Program-made: the position numbers and the translations under genes
In this document: piece after piece, positions 1 through 9,609 of the stretch
Layout of the letters: every line of letters begins with the position of its first letter
Position numbering within the stretch: position 1 is the first letter of the stretch
DNA from: an uncultured bacterium
Lineage (GTDB): Bacteria > Acidobacteriota > HRBIN11 > JAKEFK01
Assembly (NCBI GenBank): GCA_963777505.1
Contig: CAVZQN010000008.1
Location: forward strand, 1-64,000
Direction of reading: 5' to 3'
DNA length: 64,000 bases
The notes under the pieces: generated by a model
What the model was told of the DNA's origin: nothing
The model's input: the letters and a program-made list of their open reading frames with translations, nothing else
The model's database searches: none

Positions 1-2108
1 TGCACGTGCGTAAGCGTATCCTAATGTTGAAAGTTCAATTGGACTCCCATTCGAGACTTCAACTGCCTTCAATGCCGATTCAATAGCCCGGGCATTCTGT
101 CCAAGAGCCAAGTATACATACACAGCTGTATTGAGAGTGGTTTCATATTCAGGAACAATCTCAAGAACTGAATTGATCTGGTTCAATGCACCCTTAAAAT
201 CTCGTGCACAATAAAGCGCAAATGCCATATCGTTCATTGACTTTACATCAAGTGGATTGATATCAAGCGCTTTTTTCACCTTTGCAATAGCTTCACCACC
301 CCGCCCTTGCGAAGAAAGCAGATATGAGTAAACACAATAGGCATCTGCGAAATTTGGATTTAGATCAATCGCCTGCTTAAACTGTTTCTCAGCACCAGCC
401 CAATTACGATCATAGAAGAATAAAACTGCACCCAACGCATTCTGTGCTTCAGCTAAATCACTTCGCAGACTGACGGCTTTCAATGCAGCCGTTTTGGACA
501 TCTGAAATGCAGAATCTGGAGGAAGCCAGCCATTTGTTGCCATCGATCCATATGCATCCGACAGACCAGCCCATGCTAAAGAATATTCAGGATCACTCTC
601 AATGGCTCGGTTGAAGTATTCAAGTGATTTCTTTTGATTTTCAGGCGTGAATTTTGTCCACAAATATCTTCCGCGCAAATAATGCTCATACGCTACCGGA
701 TTATTTGTGAGAGGTTTGACTTGCCGCGGTACATTGGTACCTTTTAGTTCTAATTTCAAGTTTTCAGAAATCTTATCGGATACACTCGCTTGAATTTTTA
801 TGATTTCGGAAATGCTTTGTTCGAATCGATATCTGTCCATAAAACGGATCCATCCTTTACGCTTACAAGTTCGGCTTGCACGATTACAGTGTCACCATTA
901 CGATCGATACTTCCTGAAGCAACCGCATCAACTTTCAATTCTTTACCGGCCTGACGTGGATCAATTTGCTTTCCTTTGTAGGAAAATACCGTCCCGGATG
1001 CCATAACTTTCAGATTCTCGATTCGCGAAATATCGCTAATAATCCTTTCAGTAATACCGTCGCTTAAATATTCCGTTTCTGGCTGGTTCGTCCGATTCGC
1101 AAAAGGAAGAATGGCTATTGAATGGATTTGTTCAGTGTTTGGACGGCGCAATAAGAATGTCAAAATCACTGCTAAACAAATCAACGTTAGAGCGCCAATC
1201 AGCATTTTTTTCTTAAGACTTTTGGAGATCGCATCAGTTTCATCAGGCAGTGAACGTAGATCATTCAACATTTCAACCGCATTTTCGTATCTCTTCTCGG
1301 GATCTTTTTGGAGTGAACGATGAATAATTTGTTCCAGCTTCAGTGGAACTCCTTTTATTGTGTCTCTGTTAAGAAGTGGCTCATCTTTTAAAATTTTTGC
1401 GGTAATTTCATTCGCGTTTTTTCCCCAAAATGGATGAATGCCTGTAGCACACTCATAAAGCAAAACGCCAACCGAAAAGATGTCACTTCGAGTGCTTGCA
1501 GTACCGCCGCGAATTTGCTCAGGCGCCATATATGGCAAAGTACCAACAAAAACATCACTGCGTGTTGACCATGATTCAGTAGGAATTTCGTTGCCAGAAG
1601 TTACCTCGGGCAGAGTTTCTACTTGCACAGTTTTTTTGATCTGAGCTAATCCGAAATCAAGAATTTTGATGTTGCCTTGATTCGTAATGAAAATATTTTC
1701 CGGTTTGAGATCACGATGAACAATCCCTTTCGAATGAGCGGCTGCTAATCCTTCTAATATAGAAAGAGCCACCTTTCCCAATTCGTCTTTTGAAAGGCTT
1801 CCGCCAGACAACTTTGATCGCAATGATTCACCATGAAGCAGTTCCATCACTACATAGGAAATATTATCGACAGATCCAATATCGTAAATGGCGAGAATAT
1901 TTTGATGGGAAAGGGCTGCCAGGGCTTTGGCTTCCCGTTCGAATCGAAGGATTGCATCGTAAGAACCAATGCGGGATTCGGTCAGAACTTTGATCGCGAC
2001 TTCGCGGTCAAGTCTGGTATCGCGGGCGATAAAAATCTCACCCATACCTCCCTTTGCAAGAAAGGAAACGATTTCGTAAGGACCTAACCTGGTTCCAGGC
2101 TGCAGCAT
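1..2108 (-). CDS. Ser/Thr protein kinase with TM helix, TolB-N-like domain and TPR repeats (frameshift near 830; runs off window edge)
   Basis: ORF 798..2108 has Hanks kinase motifs (GGMGEIF, VAIK, HRDLKPEN, DFGLA, APE), a TM segment and the SIAILPFAN...YLSDGITE module. Reading 1..~830 in another minus frame gives TPR-like text (AYEHYLRGRYLW...AWAGLSDAY...AIDLNPNFADAY). Confidence 0.9.
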
Positions 2109-2177
2109 AAATAGCTCATATATTGCAAATTGTACAATGCAAATTGCAAATTTCTTCGAGTCTCTGCGGTAAAAAAA

Positions 2178-3389
2178 TTAAGGCCGGTGAAAGACATTCG
2201 AAACTTGCTGGAGAAGGATGACTGGCACAGGCGATTCTGGATTATCAACTTTTAATGCGGCAAATTCTTGCTCCGCTTCCTTGAATAAACCTGCTTCAGC
2301 ATAAAGAATACCAAGCGCTAAGTGCGAATTCCCTACACTTGTTTTCGCTGCTTCAAGTTTTCTTGCAATAGGTGCGTCAAGGACCTTGAATTTAGCTTCT
2401 GGTGCGGGTGGCACGGGAGCTAAGATCTCCTTTCCGTTTAACGTTGCTGTTACCTGCCATGAATAAATCTTCCCGCGCATAAGAGGTGTCGAAGCGATCC
2501 ATGAAAGTCCAGTTAGTTCGATCGCTTCGCAGAACTTCTTGATACTTGGAATCATAGATCGCAATTCTGTACGACTTCGCATTTGGCAATGGACGCCAAT
2601 TGAATTCCGGTGTGTCGCTTAATACAACCGCTCCATATGGATGAATCGGTGCGAAGGAAGAATCATTGGAAGAACCAAGCAATTTCCCTTGTGGAGGTCG
2701 GAGTTCCGCAGCAATGGTTGGAATTTGGAGATGAAGAGATTGTAGACTTTTCTTTAAAGGATCTATCAAATCGCCAGCCGATGCGGGCAATCCATTTACG
2801 TTTCCATTTGCATCCATGACAATTTTCCTTTCTCCATCCTGCAATGCCAAAATAACCTCTGGTTGATTTACATGGCTTTTCGAAGTTCTGAAATTTCTGA
2901 TTGCGACTTGCGAAGCTCAGATTGCAAATGATCGATGTTTTTTTGAAGTGACCAAAACAAGACCATTCCCGCCGTTCCAATTACCGCAAATACTGCGGCT
3001 GCCTGCATCCACGTAAGGTTAAGACTACTTTTTGGTAAATGTGTGGCTTTTGCAACTACTTCTCGAGTTTGAACAAATTTTCTCAAATCTTTTTCTTCAG
3101 TCGCGCAAAGTTCACATTCTTCTAGATGTTTACGAAGTACGACTCCGCGGGCTTGATCTGTTTTCCCGTCGATCCATCGACTCAATTCTTGATACGAGAT
3201 ATGACGTGAAGGTGACTCAATTTGCCCGGTCAAATAGGTGACAGAGTTTCGAACATCGATAGCATCTGCTGTTTTCGTTCTGCATAATTCGCAGGATGAA
3301 AGATGATCGTCTGCGGCTAAAAGCATTTCAGGAGCTAATTGTCCCGTTGTATAGCCTTTGATTTCTTGATCTGTTAAGTGTTCTTTCAC
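2178..3389 (-). CDS. Anti-sigma factor: two zf-HC2 (HxxxCxxC) motifs, TM helix, coiled coil, DUF928-like extracytoplasmic domain (two frameshifts)
   Basis: Joined from ORFs 2868..3440 (HLSSCELC, HLEECELC, TM), 2392..2850 (PYGAVVLSDTPEFNW) and 2178..2582 (YSWQVTA...HLALGILYAEAGLF). GTG start at 3389 abuts the sigma stop. The DUF928 resemblance is from motif recall. Confidence 0.75.
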
Positions 3390-3390
3390 G

Positions 3391-4431
3391 CTAGTTTTTT
3401 TCCTTTGGATAATTATTTTTCGAACTGGACCGATCCGCATGCATACGCCGGCTTAGCCGCGCGCGAGCCGATTTACGGAAGTTAATCACCTCTTGCCTGG
3501 TAGCATTACAACGTTCTCCAATCGTCTTATCATCAAGTGGCAGCGAGGACCATAACTGAGCAAGGACATTTGCAGGAATTTCCAGCGCTTCACTGATGCC
3601 TCGTATGTTAACAACATTGAGGATCGGAAATAAGTAAAGAAGGCTTTTGCCCGCAGGATCCCTCAGGCTAAATAGCAGTGCAGTTCTCTGCAAAATAGGG
3701 AGAGCCAGAATCTCTTTCCAGAGCCGTTCTAGATAAGATTTCTGCTCCAATCTTTCCTGCTGATTTTTTGCAGGATGCGGAACAAACTCTAACAAGTGAC
3801 TGGAATCTTCTTCTTTTCGATCATTTCTTGCGGTACCGGATATTTCTGCAACGACAGTTACCAACTGATTCAATTCAATTCCTTTTCCATTCCCAAGAAA
3901 AACTGCATTCACGATCGCGCGAAGTTCCTGCCAGTCTGACGTACTCTTCTTTAATGCAAGATGTTCATTGCCTCGTAATTCATTTAAAATAGTTTCTGCA
4001 TTAGAAAAAACCGCATCAGGTTTGAACATCCATTGCTGAAATCCGCAGATCAGTCTTCCCCGACTGCTCTTCCTGATCGCAAAAGAATCATCATGAGTCA
4101 TCAGATATTTCAGCCTGCTTTTAAGCCGGCACCGTTCCGGATACATTTTCCGAAAGTAAAGATCACATGCATGTTGCGTAAGAACTCTTACATAAGCTTG
4201 AAAACTCCCGATCGCTTTCTTCGCTGGATTGTTCCTTAGATCCTGCAAACGCACCAGAAGTTGCATCAGGACATTACTCAGAATGTCATCCCTGTCTCGA
4301 TCTAAAAAGTCGCGTCTGTCTTTATAGAAGGAAGATAACCTGAACCGAATTACTTTTCGGGCAACAGGTTCGGCGTGAACTGACATCAATTTTTCCAACT
4401 CAATATCGCCAGAAGTTTTTGGAGAGTCCAA
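3391..4431 (-). CDS. ECF-type RNA polymerase sigma factor with a long insertion between regions 2 and 4
   Basis: Region 2-like DRDDILSNVLMQLL...FQAYVRVLTQHACDLYFRK; region 4-like LPILQRTALL and LPLDDKTIGE...TRQEVINFRKSARARL; directly upstream of a zf-HC2 anti-sigma. True start may be further upstream (ATG 4456 or 4483, out of frame). Confidence 0.75.
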   Translation of the reverse strand: MDSPKTSGDIELEKLMSVHAEPVARKVIRFRLSSFYKDRRDFLDRDRDDILSNVLMQLLVRLQDLRNNPAKKAIGSFQAYVRVLTQHACDLYFRKMYPERCRLKSRLKYLMTHDDSFAIRKSSRGRLICGFQQWMFKPDAVFSNAETILNELRGNEHLALKKSTSDWQELRAIVNAVFLGNGKGIELNQLVTVVAEISGTARNDRKEEDSSHLLEFVPHPAKNQQERLEQKSYLERLWKEILALPILQRTALLFSLRDPAGKSLLYLFPILNVVNIRGISEALEIPANVLAQLWSSLPLDDKTIGERCNATRQEVINFRKSARARLSRRMHADRSSSKNNYPKEKN

Positions 4432-4555
4432 AAAGGCTGGAGAGAATAGAATCCATCTCTGGCTGACGAGAATCTTTCTCCATGAACAACATTATATGCA
4501 ATGTTGTGTAACTACTTTTTGTACGTTGTGACTCGGAAAACATCGTCCTTATATA

Positions 4556-4587
4556 TAGAGAGAGAGAACAAAAGCCTTGTTATTACC
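4556..4587 (-). promoter_or_regulatory. Degenerate copy of the island promoter motif upstream of the sigma gene (putative autoregulatory ECF promoter)
   Basis: Minus strand reads GGTAATA-acaaggcttttgttct-CTCtctcTA-tatat-AAGGac. The -35 is identical to the five other copies, and the terminal TA and downstream AAGG are at matching spacing. Confidence 0.55.
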
Positions 4588-4621
4588 ACGAGCGAAGTCT
4601 CCAGGCCGTTATAATGGCAAT

Positions 4622-7575
4622 ATGGGCAAGATTATCCTCTTTATTATCCTAGTGTTCTTGTCTGTGAATGCGGGATTTGCAATAACTACACCTGAGCTGG
4701 CGAATGAGCTAGCAGCAAAAACCTCGGATGAAGAACGCAATCAATTGCTTGCACAAAACCCTGGTTTGATCAGTGCGGATCTTGCAAAAGAAATTCTAAC
4801 GCGAGGGGAGGAGAAACGAAGGCAAGGGGAATACGACTTTGCGGTATCCCTCTTTGATCTAGCTCGGCGGATTTCTGATCAAGCACATTATGAAGTTGGG
4901 ATTGCGTCTTCCTGGAATGCGACAGCACGCGCGAATCGGTCTCGTGGGAATTACAAAGAAGCCCTCGAACAATTCGAGCGGGCTATGGAAATCGGTAAGA
5001 AACTCAATGACAAACCGGTTCTTGCCGACAGTCTGGCGGGCATAGCGGCGTTAAAGAAGGAGAGAGGAGACATGAACGGAGCAATTTCTGGTTTCGAGCA
5101 AGCTCACTCTTATACGAAGAACTCGGAAACCAGAGTCGCGTTGCAGCGATGCTCACCAACATCGGAGTCGTGCTGACGGACAATGGTGAATACGAAGATG
5201 CCTTGCAGAGTCATCTAAAAAGCCTGGAAATCTTTGAAACCTTAAAAGATAAAGAAGGGATTGCTGCAGCTTCGATAAATCTCGGCGTGATTCACCATGA
5301 TCGGGGAGAAATCCAGCTGGCTATTGAAAAATATCGACGAGCTCTTGAGATTACTGAAGAACTTGGAAATGCTGCGGGTACTTCCTATGCGATGAATAAT
5401 CTTGGGCTCATTTACACAGTATCAGGGGATTATAAATCTGCGATCGAAACACTGCAGAAGAGCCTCGCTTTAAATGAACGCATAGGAAGTAAGAGTGGTA
5501 TTTCACAAGCCTACATGAATCTTGCCACGTGCTATTCATCGATGGGAGATTACGATTTGAGCCTCCACTATTTGGAGAAAGCACTCCCCATCAAGACAGA
5601 GATTGGTGATGCACGGGGTATCGCAATCATTCAAATGGAGCTGGGGGATGTTTTTCAAAGAAAAGGAGATTTGAAGAAAGCGGTTCAGTACTACGAAACG
5701 TCGCTTCAGCAGGCTCGCGGTTCTGGAAACTCCAGTATGAGCGGTGATGTCTTAATCAAGCTTTGCGCGTTTTCGGAACCAATGTACGGAATCGACAAAT
5801 CTTTGCAGTATTGCGAAGAAAGTTTAACCGAGAACCGAAATACAGGACAAACTCTTAACCTTGTTCAGGCACTTCAAGCAAAGGCATCGGTCCTGATGGA
5901 CCATGGAAAGTTTGATGACGCGCTGCCTCTTGCAAAAGAAGCTGTTTTCTTATCACAACAGCAGGGTTATTTGGAGGAATTGATTAGGACTCAAACTTTG
6001 ATGGGCGATTTTTATTTGGAGACAGGACGATTCGCTGAAGCGGAATCAGAATTTGATAAAGCCATCAAGGGAAATGAAGAAGTGCGCTTTGATATTCCAG
6101 GAGCTGAGAGGGAGAGTCAGTTGTTTTTTGAAGATCGACTTTCGCCTTACCATGGCATGGTTCAATTGATGCTTTCAGGCGAGAGATTGGATGAGGCTCT
6201 TCAATATGCGGAACGCGCACGCGCGCGAGCTCTTCTGGACGTGCTGCAAAGCGGACGAACAAAGATCGGAAAAAACATGACTCAAGAAGAGCTCAATGAA
6301 GAACAGGAATTGAGAAACCGGCTTGTTTCATTGAATCTGCGCATCCGTACGGAAAATCAAAAAGAAAAACCTGATCCGCAGGTTCTGAAAGAAACTCATG
6401 AACGGGCGTCAAAAGGTAGATTGGAATGGAACGCCTTCCGGGCAAAACTGTACGCAGCTCATCCGGAGTTGAAAATCAAAAGGGGTGAGTCACACGTTTC
6501 GCTTTCGTTTCCTGGTGAAGAATCGAAGGCCGCATATCTTGAATACTTTGTAACTGCAGATTCTACTTTTTTATTTGTTCTAAAAGATGGTAATCATGTA
6601 TCTGTTCATAAAATTCCTGGCGGAAGAAAATACTGGCGCAATCAATCCAATGAGTTTCGGAAAATGCTGGCCCGTCGCGATCTTGGGTTCCGAAAAAAAT
6701 CGATGGAACTTTATCAAACGCTGTTCAATCCAGCGTTGGTCGATCTTTCGGGCAAGACTGAATTGGTGATCGTGCCAGACTCCGGTCTTTGGGAAATCCC
6801 CTTCGCAGCGTTGTTGAATAATCGCGGAAAGTTTTTGATTGAGAATTTTTCAATCTCCTATGTTCCTTCACTGACCGTGTTGTCACAAATGAAGAAGATT
6901 CACACAAATCGGGAGACGGAAGAATTTTCTTTGTTTGCTGCTGGAAATCCACAGCATGGAAAGGTAAGCAGCGAGCGGCTGACTCAGGTTTTTGGAGGTG
7001 GAACTCTGGACCCACTTCCAGAAACAGAGCAAGAAGTTTTAGAGGTTGCCAAATTCTATGGCCGTGGTAGAAGTACGGTGCTAATTCGAGAACAAGCACG
7101 CGAAAACACTTTAAAGAAAGAAGCGGGAAATTTTGATGTAGTGCATATAGCTGCACATGGAATTTTAAACGACGCCAGTCCCATGTATTCTTTCATTCTT
7201 TTATCCGACGCTTCCGAAAACTTTCAAGACGGAATGCTTGAGGCATGGGAAATCATGGAGATGGATTGGAAAACCCGTGTGGCGATACTTTCCGCATGTG
7301 AAACAGGGCGAGGAAGAATTGCTCCCGGTGAAGGAGTCATTGGTCTATCGTGGGCACTTTTTGTTGCCGGAGTTCCTTCATCATTACTAAGTCTTTGGAA
7401 AGTAGATTCCGCAAGCACAACACAATTGATGCTGGAGTTTCATAAAAATCTTGCAGCTCAAAAAATCACTCCAGCCAGATCCGCTCAACAAGCCGCGCTG
7501 AAAGTCTTGCGCAGCGAAAATTATAGCCATCCATTTTTCTGGGCAGGCTTCGTATTGATTGGATATCCAGACTAA
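4622..7575 (+). CDS. Secreted TPR-CHAT (caspase-like, clan CD) protease 1 (frameshift near 5110-5150)
   Basis: Signal peptide MGKIILFIILVFLSVNAGFA; many TPRs across ORFs 4577..5176 and 5149..7575; CHAT catalytic motifs VVHIAAHG and LSACETG; C-terminal HPFFWAGFVLIG. Confidence 0.92.
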
Positions 7576-7595
7576 ACAAAACTATTCACTCGCTT

Positions 7596-8666
7596 TCAAA
7601 ACGCAGCATTGAGCAATCCTGGGTGTTGCATTATCTGTCTTATTGATGCGAGATATGCGAGCAAGGCAGGATTCGGTTCCGAGTTTGTGGGAAAATTCTG
7701 ACACATGTGCTTAAGGCTATTCAATTGTTGTATTATCGCATTGCACTTTGTAAAGTGAGCAGAATCAGCAATAGGAACACCCTTATCTTCTTGGCTTATT
7801 TCCTTCATCTTCGCTATCAGGACATCCAGCATCTGAACCATTTCCCCTACGGTTTCCGGAGTGCCGATGAGCGCATGGTAAAGGGCGGTTGTCAGGACAT
7901 CCGACATCTGAACCTCTTCCGGAGTGCCGTTGATCCCAGGGTCAAGCTGCGGGTTCATCTCTTTAAATTGAGGCCGGGCAAGCTGCACATTATGCAGATC
8001 CTTGGGTTCCTGGTCTGGTTTCGGACTATCTGCACGCGGCAGTGGGGATTGTTTTGAAGCGGGAAATCTTAATGCGTTGAAATCAAGCTGCTCGTGCAAC
8101 TGAAGCTGTTTTTCGATCGCATTCTCCATTCTGTATAACTTGCCGAAGGAATCGAGTGAGGCGACCATATCGTCCGCCTCCGCCGGCTTATTATCAATTG
8201 TGATAATCCCGTTTTCATCCAATCCGTCCAGACTCACATTTCCGCCCGGTTTGTCGTGTATGATTATCCCTTTCTGCGCCAAGCTTTGCGTAATTCTGTT
8301 ATTGGAGAATCCGAAGAGTGCATTTACGATTCGAAATCGCGGATCTTGTAGTTGCTGAAGCAAATCTTTCGCTGGCACCAAAAGACTTTGACCTTCTACG
8401 GCGTTCGATAATGATTTGAAGTATTCAGCAGGCCCTTCATACGATGCCGCTGGCCGAACGGCAGGCAAAAGTAAATTTGAAGTTCCTGCTTCGTTGATGT
8501 TTTCAAATTCGCTGCGATCAAAGCCGCCGAATAGTTTTAATGCTGTTTCAACTGTTTTCGAATCAGTCTTTACTGCTTCGGCTATACCTTCGGTCGCAGA
8601 ATTCGCCGCGCTTGTACCTACACTGCCAAGCGTCTGAAGAAGTTGTGCACGTTGTTCAATGATCAT
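7596..8666 (-). CDS. Hypothetical protein (putative chaperone cargo, motif-rich)
   Basis: 356-aa ORF whose ATG overlaps the stop of the upstream TPR gene (ATGA). Contains LLLPAVR, GIIIHDKP/GIITIDNKP and EMNPQLDP. No Sec signal peptide. Confidence 0.7.
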   Translation of the reverse strand: MIIEQRAQLLQTLGSVGTSAANSATEGIAEAVKTDSKTVETALKLFGGFDRSEFENINEAGTSNLLLPAVRPAASYEGPAEYFKSLSNAVEGQSLLVPAKDLLQQLQDPRFRIVNALFGFSNNRITQSLAQKGIIIHDKPGGNVSLDGLDENGIITIDNKPAEADDMVASLDSFGKLYRMENAIEKQLQLHEQLDFNALRFPASKQSPLPRADSPKPDQEPKDLHNVQLARPQFKEMNPQLDPGINGTPEEVQMSDVLTTALYHALIGTPETVGEMVQMLDVLIAKMKEISQEDKGVPIADSAHFTKCNAIIQQLNSLKHMCQNFPTNSEPNPALLAYLASIRQIMQHPGLLNAAF

Positions 8667-9140
8667 AAATCACCTCTCTTTTTTTCGATCGCATCCAGAG
8701 CCAGTAAAGTCAGCAGGCGCGCACGATTTGCAGCAGGGTGCTTTCGAGAAGAATCCAAATCCATTGACGCTTTGAAGTCTGAGGCTGCTTCTTGAAGTCT
8801 TCCTAATTTCAAAGCGATCTCGCCTCATTTGTCAAAGCATGAATGTCACTTGCATTCACGCGCAACGACGCATTGTAATGCTGGATAGCGGGTTCATACT
8901 TTTCTTGCTTTTGATAAATTGCTCCAAGCATTCCGTGTATGTAGGGATTCGCGCCATCCAGCACGGACATGCCCTCAAAGATATTCTTAGCCTCCTCCAA
9001 TTTGTTCTGTTCAAAAAGTGTGGCCGAGTCTTCAGAATCGCAGCCACATGTTTTGCATTGATGCGCAGTATTTGAGCTAACCTGACTTCTCCTGAAAGTT
9101 TTTCTAATTCAAGTTCCTTGATTGGCTGTTGATTTAACAT
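8663..9140 (-). CDS. SycD/LcrH-like TPR chaperone (two frameshifts)
   Basis: ATG 9140 with GGAGG SD. Joined frames give MLNQQPIKELELEKLSGEVRLAQILRI...EEAKNIFEGMSVLDGANPYIHGMLGAIYQKQ...ALTN..GEIALKLG...HPAANRARLL...KRGDL*. Confidence 0.65.
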
Positions 9141-9182
9141 TTCGGCCTCCAAGCTTCCATCGATTTTCATTTTCTTCACTGA

Positions 9183-9214
9183 TATTGGAGGGATGAGGTG
9201 GGTGGCATATTACC
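9183..9214 (-). promoter_or_regulatory. Island promoter motif copy driving the chaperone/cargo operon
   Basis: Minus strand GGTAATA-tgccacccacctcatcc(17)-CTCCAATA-tcagtgaag. Confidence 0.7.
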
Positions 9215-9285
9215 AGCCTGCTGGAATTTCAAAAAAATCTTGCGCTTAGACTAGTACCATCTTGTAGTTTATTTTTTTTGCGGCT

Positions 9286-9316
9286 GGTAATACGTAATTT
9301 TTTCGTCTCTCAAGTA
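9286..9316 (+). promoter_or_regulatory. Island promoter motif copy driving the small EYGGP ORF
   Basis: GGTAATA-cgtaattttttcgtct(16)-CTCAAGTA-attgtgaaatggc. Confidence 0.7.
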
Positions 9317-9389
9317 ATTGTGAAATGGCAAACATTACTTTCGGAGTTTGCACATGAACCAAATAAAACAAGGAGAGAGCAAAACAAGA

Positions 9390-9479
9390 ATGGATGTAAA
9401 AAAACAAACTGAATATGGCGGACCTGATTCAACAGAAGTTCAGAAGAACCTGAGGAGAATATTCATGAGAAACCTGTAG
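9390..9479 (+). CDS. Small ORF MDVKKQTEYGGPDSTEVQKNLRRIFMRNL (paralog or remnant of the 15729 ORF; possible in-frame ATG at 9354)
   Basis: Hand translation. AAGGAG upstream. DNA and protein similarity to the 5' end of 15729..16049. Confidence 0.5.
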   Translation: MDVKKQTEYGGPDSTEVQKNLRRIFMRNL

Positions 9480-9569
9480 CAGTCGTGTGTTCTCGTGTTC
9501 ATGCTAATTGCCGGCTCATGGGGAACGATCGATCCCATGGCCCACATGCAAAACGGTTGCGTGGACTAA
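9465..9569 (+). pseudogene. Remnant of a secreted-protein gene: signal peptide only, with in-frame TAG
   Basis: MRNL*QSCVLVFMLIAGSWGTIDPMAH aligns with the 12560 gene N-terminus MRFNSKAVFVFTLIAGLWGAIDTMAQ; GAGGAG SD present. Confidence 0.65.
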
Positions 9570-9609
9570 TCAAGCAATTGTGGCAACTGATTCAATTCGC
9601 TACTTTCGT

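Noticed and set aside
4550-4567. (TA)4(AG)5 microsatellite in the sigma promoter as a phase-variation switch
   Set aside because: Tracts are short and spacing already matches the other motif copies; it cannot be supported without read-level length variation.
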